Positions 35,338 to 44,262 of a stretch of 64,000 bases of DNA are shown here, one piece after another (the stretch's first letter is position 1; each line of letters starts with the position of its first letter). This DNA is from Ignavibacteriota bacterium. Its GTDB lineage: Bacteria; Bacteroidota; Ignavibacteria; UBA10030; UBA6906. The position numbers and the translations under genes were made by a program. The notes beneath the pieces are model-generated. The model saw nothing but the letters and a program-made list of their open reading frames with translations, made no database searches and had not been told where the DNA came from. The DNA is taken from assembly GCA_963801355.1 (NCBI GenBank), contig CAWDEM010000008.1, positions 2,176,001-2,240,000 on the forward strand, in the 5' to 3' direction.

Positions 35338-36017
35338 TCGTCATCCCCAAGCAGTCGTAGTCCCTGACCCGGAGCATCCTCTTTCTCCTGCTTCTCCTCA
35401 AGCTCCTGCAACATCCGCTTCTCCACTTCGAATTGCGCTTCTGCGAGGAGCTCGTCAATCTCCCGTGGCTTCGGAAGCTCGGCCAGGTCGTTCAAGCCAA
35501 AGTGTTTGAGAAACTCTTTCGTGGTTCCATAGAGCAACGGCCTGCCTGGTGTGGCCGCCCGGCCGATAATGGCAACAAGGCTGCGCTCGAGCAACGAATG
35601 CAGCACATAGTCCGCATTGACTCCCCGGATAGCTTCAAGTTCCGGCTTTGTGACCGGTTGCTTGTACGCGATGACGGCGAGGGTTTCCAGGGCGGAGACA
35701 GACAGCTTGCGTTTTGACCGCTCCTTCATCATGCGGCCGAGCCAGACGCCATGCTTGGGCAGCGTCGCAAACTGGTATCCGCCGGCGACCTTGACGATGC
35801 GGAAGGCGCGCTGTCCGGCCTCAAATTCCCTGTTCAGGAATTCCACCGCCCGCAGAATAAGATCCTGGTCGATGCGCTCCGGCCGCTCGGGATCATCCAG
35901 GTAACCGAGCAAATCGATAAGTTGCCGCACGCTGAGCGGTTCGTCTGTAGCAAAGAGCAGCGCCTCGATCACTTCGAGGATTGCCCGGGGCATCGGGATG
36001 CTGATATCGGCACTCAT
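35334..36017 (-). CDS. scpB: SMC-Scp subunit ScpB
   Basis: IEALLF; LETLAVIAYKQPVT; PGRPLLYGTT. Confidence 0.95.
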   Translation of the reverse strand: MSADISIPMPRAILEVIEALLFATDEPLSVRQLIDLLGYLDDPERPERIDQDLILRAVEFLNREFEAGQRAFRIVKVAGGYQFATLPKHGVWLGRMMKERSKRKLSVSALETLAVIAYKQPVTKPELEAIRGVNADYVLHSLLERSLVAIIGRAATPGRPLLYGTTKEFLKHFGLNDLAELPKPREIDELLAEAQFEVEKRMLQELEEKQEKEDAPGQGLRLLGDDE

Positions 36018-36757
36018 GGTGATGCGAGGGTGAGAGGAACAAGCGGGTTCAACGGGCGAATGGCAACATCGTCTTTCCCCTCCATCGGGGCAATCGCGAG
36101 CACTTTGTTCTTTGTCAGTTCGAGAATGGCCATCACCGTCACGATAATCCTGATTTTGTCCACCATGTGCGCAACGAGTTGCAGCAGGCTCGATGGCCCG
36201 TGCACGCGCAGGAAGTCGAGCACGAAGCTCATCTGTTCATCTACCGAGACGTTCATCAGCTGGACTTCATGCACGTTTCTTTTCGGCATTTGATCAAGCG
36301 CAGCCTTGTACGCAGCGATGAGATTGAACAGCGAGATGTCCTGCAGGAACTCGTCCCCTTCGTCCTCGGTCATCACCCGTGTGTCCGCCTGGAAGAATTT
36401 GCGGTAATAGATGCGGCGTTGCTCTTCTTCCATCCCGCCGAGCTCACCGGCCATTTCTTTGAAGCGCTTGTACTCGACGAGGCGGCGCACCAGTTCCGCC
36501 CGGGGGTCATCTTCCTCGACCGCGTGTTCGTCCCGCGGCAGGAGCATGCGGACCTTGATCTGCATCAGGGTTGCCGCCATGACGATGAATTCCCCGGCAA
36601 CCTCCAGATCGAGGGTCGCCATCAGGTGCAGGTACTCGAAGAATTCCTTCGTAATCCTGGAGATCGGGATATTATAGATATCCAGCTCGTCCCGTTTGAT
36701 GAAAAACAACAGGAGATCAAGCGGTCCTTCGAAGTCTGTGAGCTTCACGCGATACAC
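36014..36757 (-). CDS. scpA: Segregation/condensation protein ScpA
   Basis: FEGPLDLLL; DPRAELVRRLVEYKRFK; GTG start. Confidence 0.95.
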   Translation of the reverse strand: MYRVKLTDFEGPLDLLLFFIKRDELDIYNIPISRITKEFFEYLHLMATLDLEVAGEFIVMAATLMQIKVRMLLPRDEHAVEEDDPRAELVRRLVEYKRFKEMAGELGGMEEEQRRIYYRKFFQADTRVMTEDEGDEFLQDISLFNLIAAYKAALDQMPKRNVHEVQLMNVSVDEQMSFVLDFLRVHGPSSLLQLVAHMVDKIRIIVTVMAILELTKNKVLAIAPMEGKDDVAIRPLNPLVPLTLASP

Positions 36758-36761
36758 GATG

Positions 36762-37748
36762 TTACCCCATCTGCATGACCGACCGCACTTCCGCCATGGT
36801 TTCTTCGGCGCGGACCCGTGCCCGGCGTTCGCCATCACTCAGCACATCCATCACTTCCTGCGGGTGTGCGTCGTAGTGGGCGCGCGTCTCACGGAACGGC
36901 GTCAGACTCACAGCGAGCCGATCGGCAATGCGTTTCTTGCATTCGACACATCCGAGGGAACCAGACCGGCAACCGGCGGCGATCTCGTCCGCTTCCCCGG
37001 GGTTGAATTTCTGATGGTAGGTGTATACCAGGCAGATTTCCGGACGCCCCGGATCGTTCTTTCTGATTTTCAGCGGATCGGTCACCGCGGTACGGAGTTT
37101 CTTCTGGATGACGTCCGGCGCATCGGAGAGAAAGATCGTGTTCCCCGCCGACTTGCTCATTTTCTTGTCGAACCCATCCAGCCCCGGGAGACGGGCAAAT
37201 GGCGTCAGCTTCGGCTCGGGTTCGGGGAACACGGAGCCGTATTGATTGTTGAACCTCCGGGCGATTTCCCGTGAGATCTCCACGTGGGGCACCTGATCTT
37301 CGCCCACGGGCACAAGATCCGCCTTGTACAGAAGGATGTCCGCCGCCTGCAATACCGGATACCCCAGGTGACCGTAACTCATGTGTTCAATATTCAGGTC
37401 ACGGACTTGCTCCTTGACCGCCGGATTGCGTTCGAGTCGTGTGGTGGTGATGAGCATGGAAAGGAGAAGGTGCAGTTCCGTGTGCTGCTTCACCCGTGAC
37501 TGGCGGAACATCGGACTCTTCGCCGGATCGATGCCGGCGGCCAGCCAGTCAATCACCATGTCGATGGAATCGCCTGTGATGTGCGACGTGTCCAGGTCTG
37601 TGGTCAGTACGTGGTAGTCTGCAATCAGGTGATAGTTGGCGTAGTCTTTTTGCAACGCAACCCAGTTTTCAAGGGCGCCGACAAAGTTGCCGAGGTGGAG
37701 CTTGCCTGTTGGCCGCATGCCACTCAGGATAGTTTTGCGCACTGTCAT
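36762..37748 (-). CDS. trpS: Tryptophan--tRNA ligase
   Basis: HLGN; YPVLQAADIL; VPVGEDQ; KMSKS. Confidence 0.97.
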   Translation of the reverse strand: MTVRKTILSGMRPTGKLHLGNFVGALENWVALQKDYANYHLIADYHVLTTDLDTSHITGDSIDMVIDWLAAGIDPAKSPMFRQSRVKQHTELHLLLSMLITTTRLERNPAVKEQVRDLNIEHMSYGHLGYPVLQAADILLYKADLVPVGEDQVPHVEISREIARRFNNQYGSVFPEPEPKLTPFARLPGLDGFDKKMSKSAGNTIFLSDAPDVIQKKLRTAVTDPLKIRKNDPGRPEICLVYTYHQKFNPGEADEIAAGCRSGSLGCVECKKRIADRLAVSLTPFRETRAHYDAHPQEVMDVLSDGERRARVRAEETMAEVRSVMQMG

Positions 37749-37810
37749 TCGGATAATGGTGGATGGTCATAAGACCCGTGCCGTTTCCGGACCACGGGAC
37801 GTGAAATGCG

Positions 37811-38341
37811 TCAGTTCAAAAAGAGGTAGGGCTTCCAGCGCTCGTCCAACGAACCGACGACATGCCGGATAAACGTGACATGATTCGGACGCATGGGCTT
37901 CCGACGGAGCGGCATGTGCGCCTCTTCAGGAGTACGGTCGCCTTTCTTGTTGTTGCACACGACGCAGGCACACACCAGATTTTCCCACGTATCCTCGCCA
38001 CCCCGGGAAATCGGCACGACATGGTCCACCGTCAGCGGCAAATCAGACCGGCCGCAGAATTGACAGCGATGCGCATCCCGCCGGAGAATATTCTTGCGAG
38101 AAAGGATGATGCGTTTGTACGGAACCTTCACATACACAGACAATCGGACGATGCTCGGATAGGGTACCGCGAGGCTTACCGATCTAATCATCTGCCCGTT
38201 ATGCGCCTCGATCATTTCCGCTTTGCCAAGGAAGAGGAGAGCGATGGCCTTCCTTACGTTGACCACACTCATGGGCTCATAATTCTGGTTGAGTATGAGA
38301 ACCTTGGCGTTGAGGCGTCCGCAAACCCCTCTGGCATTCAG
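37811..38341 (-). CDS. HNH endonuclease (McrA-like); start uncertain
   Basis: VLILNQNYEP (upstream of the called ATG at 38272); CQFCG; TVDHVVP..GG..WENLV..C..CN. Confidence 0.85.
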   Translation of the reverse strand: MNARGVCGRLNAKVLILNQNYEPMSVVNVRKAIALLFLGKAEMIEAHNGQMIRSVSLAVPYPSIVRLSVYVKVPYKRIILSRKNILRRDAHRCQFCGRSDLPLTVDHVVPISRGGEDTWENLVCACVVCNNKKGDRTPEEAHMPLRRKPMRPNHVTFIRHVVGSLDERWKPYLFLN

Positions 38342-38394
38342 TAGAGCGCTGAAAGTCTTCCCTCCTGTCCGGATCTGTTCATTTCCATTTAAAA

Positions 38395-38423
38395 AATATA
38401 CGTTGAGGCTCCCTCTTTGTCAA
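38395..38423 (-). promoter_or_regulatory. sigma70-like promoter, likely leaderless
   Basis: TTGACA-17 nt-TATATT, then 6 nt, then ATG at 38388. Confidence 0.65.
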
Positions 38424-38460
38424 GTTGCGGGCGGTCCCGGACAATACCCGGAGAGCCACA

Positions 38461-38499
38461 ACAAAACAGAGGAGGCTCCGGTAGAGCACCGGAGCCTCC
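38461..38499 (-). terminator. Intrinsic terminator after degP
   Basis: 12-bp perfect stem ggaggctccggt/accggagcctcc followed by a T-rich run on the minus strand. Confidence 0.75.
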
Positions 38500-38546
38500 C
38501 AGGATTGCCTAAAAAGGGGTGTATTCGCAGAATGCAGCAGTCCGCC

Positions 38547-40073
38547 CTAGCGCGGTATCTGCACGGCCACGAACACAGGTTTGCCACCCGCCTGAGGGCG
38601 GACACGCATCAGCACCGAATCACCAGCCTTGCGGGATTCAATGGCCTTCTTCAAATCTCCCGGAGTAGCCACACTCTTCTTGTCGGCTTCAAGAACCACA
38701 TCTCCCTTGCCTATCCCGCGTTTGTTCGCCTCACTGAAGGGCTTCACCTCCGTCACCACAACGCCGGTCTCGACATCCAGCGATTTCTTCTCCTGCGGTG
38801 TGAGCGTGCGAACCGTGAAGCCAAGTTCCCCAAATGATACGGATTTCGAGGGTTCTTCTTTGGCTTCCGACTCGTCCTGTGCATCGTCCTTCCCTGCAGC
38901 CGCCAACTGGTCATCCGCCCTTGGACGCAACGTCACCTTCTTCTCCAGGGTCTTCCCGTCGCGGAAGATTTTCAAGGTTACCTGGTCCCCCTGATGGTGT
39001 GTGGCAATGATCGCCTGCAATTCGTTTTGCTTGTTCACTTCCTTGCCATCAACCGAGAGGATCACATCTCCCTCCTTGATGCCTGCTGCAGAAGCGGCCC
39101 CATCTTCAACCAGCGCCTGGACGATGACGCCTTTGGCATCACCCAACCCCAGGGCGTTAGCCATCGTCTGGTCTACCGCACCGATTTGGACGCCGATGTA
39201 GCCGCGCTTCACCTCACCGTACTTGATAATGTCGCTCGCGACGGTCTTGAGCAGGTTGACCGGGACCGCAAAGCCGTACCCCTGGTATCGGGCGTTGGTG
39301 GTGGCTATGGCGGCATTAATACCAATAACCTCGCCGTTCATGTTCACGAGGGCGCCGCCGCTGTTCCCCGGATTGATCGCCGCATCGGTCTGAATGAAAC
39401 TCTCGATGCCGTAGCTGTCCTGAATGATACCGATCCCCCTTCCGACTGCCGAGACGATACCTGCAGTGACACTTGACGTCAAACCTAACGGGTTGCCGAT
39501 AGCCAGGACCCACTCACCAACTTGCACGGTCTCGGAGTTTCCGAGCGCGGCCGCAGGCAAACCTTTCCCGTCAATCTTGATCACCGCAAGGTCCGTCAAC
39601 GGGTCGGTCCCGATGAGCTTGGCTTTGAAGTTTACCTTGTCGTGCAACACCACTTCGATGCCACCATCCTTGGCATCTTCAACGACGTGGTTGTTGGTGC
39701 AAATGTACCCATCCGCGGTCATGATCACGCCGGAGCCCGAACCTTCAGAAGGCTGGGGTTCAGGTGCTTTGAATTCTGGTCCGAAGAAATGGAAAAAATC
39801 CTGAGGCATTCTCCGTTGGCCTTCCTTGCCGGTTGTCACAACATTGATTGCGACAACGGACGGAGTGACGGCTTTTGCCACGTTGGCAAAATCCTGGCTC
39901 AACGCCTTTGCGCCTGTGACCTGGCTACCGATCTGGGACGGGCCGCCGAGTTTCACATCACCGCCGCCGGCCAGAACGCCGGTTGCACCGTTACCGAACG
40001 ACGAGATAAGGAAGGCGCCAAGGAGAACGAAAGCCACCAGGATGAATGATGCAAGAAGATATTTGCGCTGCAT
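38547..40073 (-). CDS. degP: DegP/HtrA (Do family) serine endoprotease with 2 PDZ domains
   Basis: TNNHVV; DLAVIKI; IQTDAAINPGNSGG. Confidence 0.92.
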   Translation of the reverse strand: MQRKYLLASFILVAFVLLGAFLISSFGNGATGVLAGGGDVKLGGPSQIGSQVTGAKALSQDFANVAKAVTPSVVAINVVTTGKEGQRRMPQDFFHFFGPEFKAPEPQPSEGSGSGVIMTADGYICTNNHVVEDAKDGGIEVVLHDKVNFKAKLIGTDPLTDLAVIKIDGKGLPAAALGNSETVQVGEWVLAIGNPLGLTSSVTAGIVSAVGRGIGIIQDSYGIESFIQTDAAINPGNSGGALVNMNGEVIGINAAIATTNARYQGYGFAVPVNLLKTVASDIIKYGEVKRGYIGVQIGAVDQTMANALGLGDAKGVIVQALVEDGAASAAGIKEGDVILSVDGKEVNKQNELQAIIATHHQGDQVTLKIFRDGKTLEKKVTLRPRADDQLAAAGKDDAQDESEAKEEPSKSVSFGELGFTVRTLTPQEKKSLDVETGVVVTEVKPFSEANKRGIGKGDVVLEADKKSVATPGDLKKAIESRKAGDSVLMRVRPQAGGKPVFVAVQIPR

Positions 40074-40103
40074 TGGATGTATTCCTCCATGTAATCGATG
40101 CTG

Positions 40104-40877
40104 TTACTGAATACGTGAAAACACCTGCTCCGACCTGCGTGATCGCATACCGATGAGGTGAACCCGGACCAGGTGGTGGAGGGTTTCTTCAACCTCGGCC
40201 GCCACAACCGGCGTCACTGCCACCTGCAGCGAAGCATCAAGTCCGTCGCATGACTGGAACCGCTCCAGCGCGCTGCAGGCAGCGGCCGAAATCGCCATGC
40301 CGGCATCGCTCGCTTCACCACACCGCTCACACAGTATTCCCCTGCCCGTCATGCGAATTCTCGATCGGGCCGGAGCACTCTGAACCGACTCTAATTCGTC
40401 TCTACATGAGACACATTGCCGGAGAGAAGGTTTAAAGCCCAGGAGCCCCAGCAACTGGATCTCATACGCATATAACGCATTTTTGTGCCTGCAAGTTGCA
40501 TTTTGCACCGCACGAAAAAGGTCCACGGTAAGATGGAAGAGTTCCGGATGAACCTCGTCATGTTCGGTCGCGAGGTGCAGTAATTCGACGGCGCCCATCC
40601 CGATCTCCATGCGGGAAAGATCTTCCACGAGGGCGGGATAGCGTTGAACCAGATCACATTGCGTGAGCAATTGAAGTTCGCGCTGGGCTTTGTAGTAGAT
40701 GACCGCCCGCACGTGGTTCATGGCCTCGATCGAAGAGCCGAACGGGCGGCTCTTGCGCCGGGCGCCTTTTGCGATGATAGAGATCTTACCATGGTCGCGA
40801 GTGAAGAGCGCGGCGATCAGGCTCGACTCGCTGTATTTCATCGTCCGCAGGACGATCGCTTCCGTGGTCAGAATCAT
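40104..40877 (-). CDS. recO: DNA repair protein RecO
   Basis: EAIVLR..YSESS; IAKGAR; CxxC...CxxC. Confidence 0.92.
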   Translation of the reverse strand: MILTTEAIVLRTMKYSESSLIAALFTRDHGKISIIAKGARRKSRPFGSSIEAMNHVRAVIYYKAQRELQLLTQCDLVQRYPALVEDLSRMEIGMGAVELLHLATEHDEVHPELFHLTVDLFRAVQNATCRHKNALYAYEIQLLGLLGFKPSLRQCVSCRDELESVQSAPARSRIRMTGRGILCERCGEASDAGMAISAAACSALERFQSCDGLDASLQVAVTPVVAAEVEETLHHLVRVHLIGMRSRRSEQVFSRIQ

Positions 40878-41911
40878 ACGGGTCCGTGAATCCGGGCTAT
40901 CCGGTCCTGAAAAGGAGGACGGAGCACACCCCTGTCCGTAACAATCGCGGTAATGAGTTCATGAGGCGTCACATCGAATGCCGGGGAGTACACCTGCACA
41001 CCCTGCGGCACCACCCTTATCCCTCCAAAGTGCGTCACCTCCGCCGGATCTCTTTCCTCGATGGGAATTTCCTTCCCCGTCGGCGTGCCCGGATCGAACG
41101 TGGAGATCGGTGCGGCGACATAGAACGGCACCTCGTGGCGCCGGGCCATGACGGCAAGCGGGTATGTTCCCACTTTGTTGGCCGTATCGCCATTTGCTGC
41201 AATACGGTCCGCTCCCACAATCACGGCCTGTACCCGCCCTTCCCGCAGGACGCTCGCTGCCGTACTATCGGTGATTACCACGACCTCAATGCCTGCCCGC
41301 AGTAATTCCCAACTCGTCAGGCGTGACCCCTGAAGCAGCGGGCGAGTTTCATCGGCGTACACCCGCCGGATCTTTCCCTGGCGATGAGCAGCGGTGACAA
41401 TACTGAGCGCTGTTCCTTCGCCCGCGGTTGCCAGGACACCGGCATTGCAGTGCGTGAGAACGGAGGTTCCCCTGTCGAGCAGCGCCGACCCGTATTCCCC
41501 GATGAGGCGGCAGGCTTCGATGTCTTCGGCCTGGATCATCCGCGCCTCACGCTCCATCCTCCCGGGCACATCGCGGTCGTCACCACCGGAAGCAGCCATC
41601 CACGTCGCCCGCATGCGGTTTAAGACATTGAACAGATTCACTGCGGTGGGACGCGTCGACGCCAGGAGGGTGACGGAACGGTCAAACCTGGATGCCAGGG
41701 AGGTCTCTCCTGGACGGGACGGCCCGCGGAGCCCGAGCACGATACCAAAGGCGGCGGCCACACCAATGGCGGGCGCCCCGCGGATGCGCAAAGCCCTGAT
41801 CGCCTCAGCGACGACCTGGATGTCGTCCGTCTCAGTATAGCGCTCTTCAAAGGGGAGCAGCGTCTGGTCGATAAACCGCACCTTCCCGTCGATCCAATCA
41901 ACCGCCTTCAT
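40874..41911 (-). CDS. mtnA: Methylthioribose-1-phosphate isomerase
   Basis: IRGAPAIG; RPTAVNL; THCNAG; ETRPLLQGSRLT; ANKVGT. Confidence 0.93.
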   Translation of the reverse strand: MKAVDWIDGKVRFIDQTLLPFEERYTETDDIQVVAEAIRALRIRGAPAIGVAAAFGIVLGLRGPSRPGETSLASRFDRSVTLLASTRPTAVNLFNVLNRMRATWMAASGGDDRDVPGRMEREARMIQAEDIEACRLIGEYGSALLDRGTSVLTHCNAGVLATAGEGTALSIVTAAHRQGKIRRVYADETRPLLQGSRLTSWELLRAGIEVVVITDSTAASVLREGRVQAVIVGADRIAANGDTANKVGTYPLAVMARRHEVPFYVAAPISTFDPGTPTGKEIPIEERDPAEVTHFGGIRVVPQGVQVYSPAFDVTPHELITAIVTDRGVLRPPFQDRIARIHGPV

Positions 41912-41917
41912 GCCGCC

Positions 41918-42832
41918 TCAATCCTCTTCGAAACGGGAGAGTTCCCTGAATTCACGAAAACGGTCCTGGATGCTGAGGTAGGTAAGATCGGAAAGCCCCG
42001 CGACCCCGAACTTCTCCACGCAGAACGATGCAAGTGCGCTCCCGTAAATAACCGCGCGCTTCAGGTTTTCCTCTGACATGTCTTCGGTCCGGGCCAACCA
42101 CCCCACAAAGCCCCCTGCGAAAGAATCACCTGCTCCGGTGGGATCGAAGATATTCTCCATCGGATATGCAGGTGCGGAAAAGACCATCTGCTCTGTCAGC
42201 AACAGTGCGCCATGTTCCCCCTTCTTGATGATGACGACCGATGGTCCCATTCCCCGGATGACCTTCGCCGCTTTTATCAGATTGGGTTCTCCTGACAACA
42301 ACCGCGCTTCAGAATCGTTGAGGATCAATACGTTGATCATCGTCAACGTTTCCGTCAGCTCAGCACGCTTTCCGTTGATCCAGTAATTCATGGTGTCGCA
42401 GACGACCAGACGGGGATTCTCCATCTGGAGCAGCACTTTTCGCTGAAGGACCGGATCGATATTGCCGAGACATACGTTCCGCGTCTTCCGGAACTTCTCC
42501 GGAATCTTCGGATCGAATGTCTCGAAGACATTCAGGTTCGTGTACAACGTGTCGCGCTCGTTGAGGTCATAGTGATACCGGCCGGCCCAGCGAAACGTTT
42601 TACCCTCTTTGATGACCTCCAGCCCCTCGAGGTCGACCTTGCGCTCTTCCAGAAACGACAGTCCCTCACCGGGGAAATCGCCCCCGACAACACCGACGAG
42701 ACGGATCGGACTGACGAAATAGCTCGCTGCCGCTGAGATGTAGGTCGCGGAGCCGCCAACCGCATCCTTCACCGCGCCGAACGGCGTTTCGATCGAATCC
42801 AGGGCAAGTGAACCGACGACAAGAACGCTCAC
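41918..42832 (-). CDS. PfkB family carbohydrate/nucleoside kinase
   Basis: GGSA; DPTGAGDSFAGG. Confidence 0.9.
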   Translation of the reverse strand: MSVLVVGSLALDSIETPFGAVKDAVGGSATYISAAASYFVSPIRLVGVVGGDFPGEGLSFLEERKVDLEGLEVIKEGKTFRWAGRYHYDLNERDTLYTNLNVFETFDPKIPEKFRKTRNVCLGNIDPVLQRKVLLQMENPRLVVCDTMNYWINGKRAELTETLTMINVLILNDSEARLLSGEPNLIKAAKVIRGMGPSVVIIKKGEHGALLLTEQMVFSAPAYPMENIFDPTGAGDSFAGGFVGWLARTEDMSEENLKRAVIYGSALASFCVEKFGVAGLSDLTYLSIQDRFREFRELSRFEED

Positions 42833-42930
42833 GGAGGTCTCCTCAGATTAGGTGCGTACCGGACGCTCCCCGTCCATTCCGGGAGAACACCGGCAAAAGC
42901 AGATAAATATACGGAAACTCTGCGGCCATT

Positions 42931-43401
42931 TCAAGAAATCGGGATGTACAACCGGGCCGAAGCTTCTTCGCCGCGGACAATGACCGTGTCGACCATGTCC
43001 ACTACTGCGCGATGACTCGGCCACACGAGACGGCGCCTCGCCTGCGCGAGCGGAAGCCACGCGAAGTCGCAGTGTTCGTCAGATATCCTCACCTCAGCCG
43101 CGGCATCCGCCTGTGCGGCGAACACCGGACAGTGATGCAACGCTCCGCCGTTGCGGTCATAAAACGAGGTCAGCACCGGAACCGACCAGAAATGCAGCGG
43201 CACGAGACCTGTCTCCTCCTGCATCTCGCGAATGGCAGTCCGCACCCCCCTTTCCCCTTCTGTCACCGTTCCGGTAATGAGCTGCCACATCCCCGGGTGG
43301 ATCCGCTCATCAGGTGATCGCTTCAACACAAGGTACTCTATCGTGTCGTTGAGAAAACGGAACACACACACTTCCACGATGTTGCTGACGACGGGTATCA
43401 T
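42931..43401 (-). CDS. NUDIX hydrolase (NudB-like)
   Basis: WQLITG..EGE....AIREMQEETG; SDEH. Confidence 0.85.
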   Translation of the reverse strand: MIPVVSNIVEVCVFRFLNDTIEYLVLKRSPDERIHPGMWQLITGTVTEGERGVRTAIREMQEETGLVPLHFWSVPVLTSFYDRNGGALHHCPVFAAQADAAAEVRISDEHCDFAWLPLAQARRRLVWPSHRAVVDMVDTVIVRGEEASARLYIPIS

Positions 43402-43408
43402 ATGTCGC

Positions 43409-44197
43409 CTACCTGTTGTTCATGATGACCGCCAGCATAACCCCGCAGGCGACGCTGACGTTCAGTGATTCCGCGGCACCGTGGCGACGGATCGCCACAC
43501 GCACATCCGCCGTCTGCATGACCTCCGGAGTAACCCCCCATGCTTCATTACCGAGTATCAGGAATATCTTCTCCGCATACCGGACCTCATCGGTGTACGT
43601 GACACCGTCGGCGGACGTCGCGTACACCGTGTACCCGGATTCCTTGACCTGCGTCACCACACGGGGGAGCTCATGATCCGTGAGAATGGGAAGATGGAAA
43701 ACGCTGCCGACGGTGCTTCTCACGACCTTGGGGTTGTACAGCTCGACACAGTCACGGCCAAGAATCAGCGCATCGACGCCGAACCAGTCGCATGTGCGGA
43801 TGATTGCACCCAGATTACCAGGATCCGCCACCCGGTCGAGCGCGACGATCACCGACGTGCTGTTCCCCTTCCGCAGCACCTCCGCTAGCGTCCACTGCGT
43901 CTGCTGCATCACCGCAACGACTCCCTGCGCGGTGACGGTTTCGGATATCTGCTCCATCTCGCGCGGGGTGATCAGATGGACCGTCCGTGCCCGCTTTCTG
44001 GCTTCGGCAACAAGAGCATTTCCCGTGGCATCCGCCAGCAATGCCCCGGTATGAAAGAGTTCCAGCATTGGAAACCGGGACCGTAACGCCTCGCGGACGC
44101 CGCGGACACCATCCACCATAAATCGCCGCGTGGCATCCCGGTCTTTCTTCCGGCCCAGGTTCTGCAATTCTCGAATTTTCGCTTTTGTGAGTGGCAC
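43409..44197 (-). CDS. TrmH/SpoU family RNA methyltransferase
   Basis: DPGNLGAIIR; GNEAWG; ESLNVS. Confidence 0.9.
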   Translation of the reverse strand: MPLTKAKIRELQNLGRKKDRDATRRFMVDGVRGVREALRSRFPMLELFHTGALLADATGNALVAEARKRARTVHLITPREMEQISETVTAQGVVAVMQQTQWTLAEVLRKGNSTSVIVALDRVADPGNLGAIIRTCDWFGVDALILGRDCVELYNPKVVRSTVGSVFHLPILTDHELPRVVTQVKESGYTVYATSADGVTYTDEVRYAEKIFLILGNEAWGVTPEVMQTADVRVAIRRHGAAESLNVSVACGVMLAVIMNNR

Positions 44198-44262
44198 GTG
44201 GACGCGTCCCCGGCTGTTCCGGAGAAATGATAACCAACAGGTGGGCGAGAAGCAAGGCAACA

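Noticed and set aside
37811-38272. HNH and RadC (53463-54227) as a defence system or mobile element
   Set aside because: Both are solitary genes inside housekeeping operons with no partner genes.
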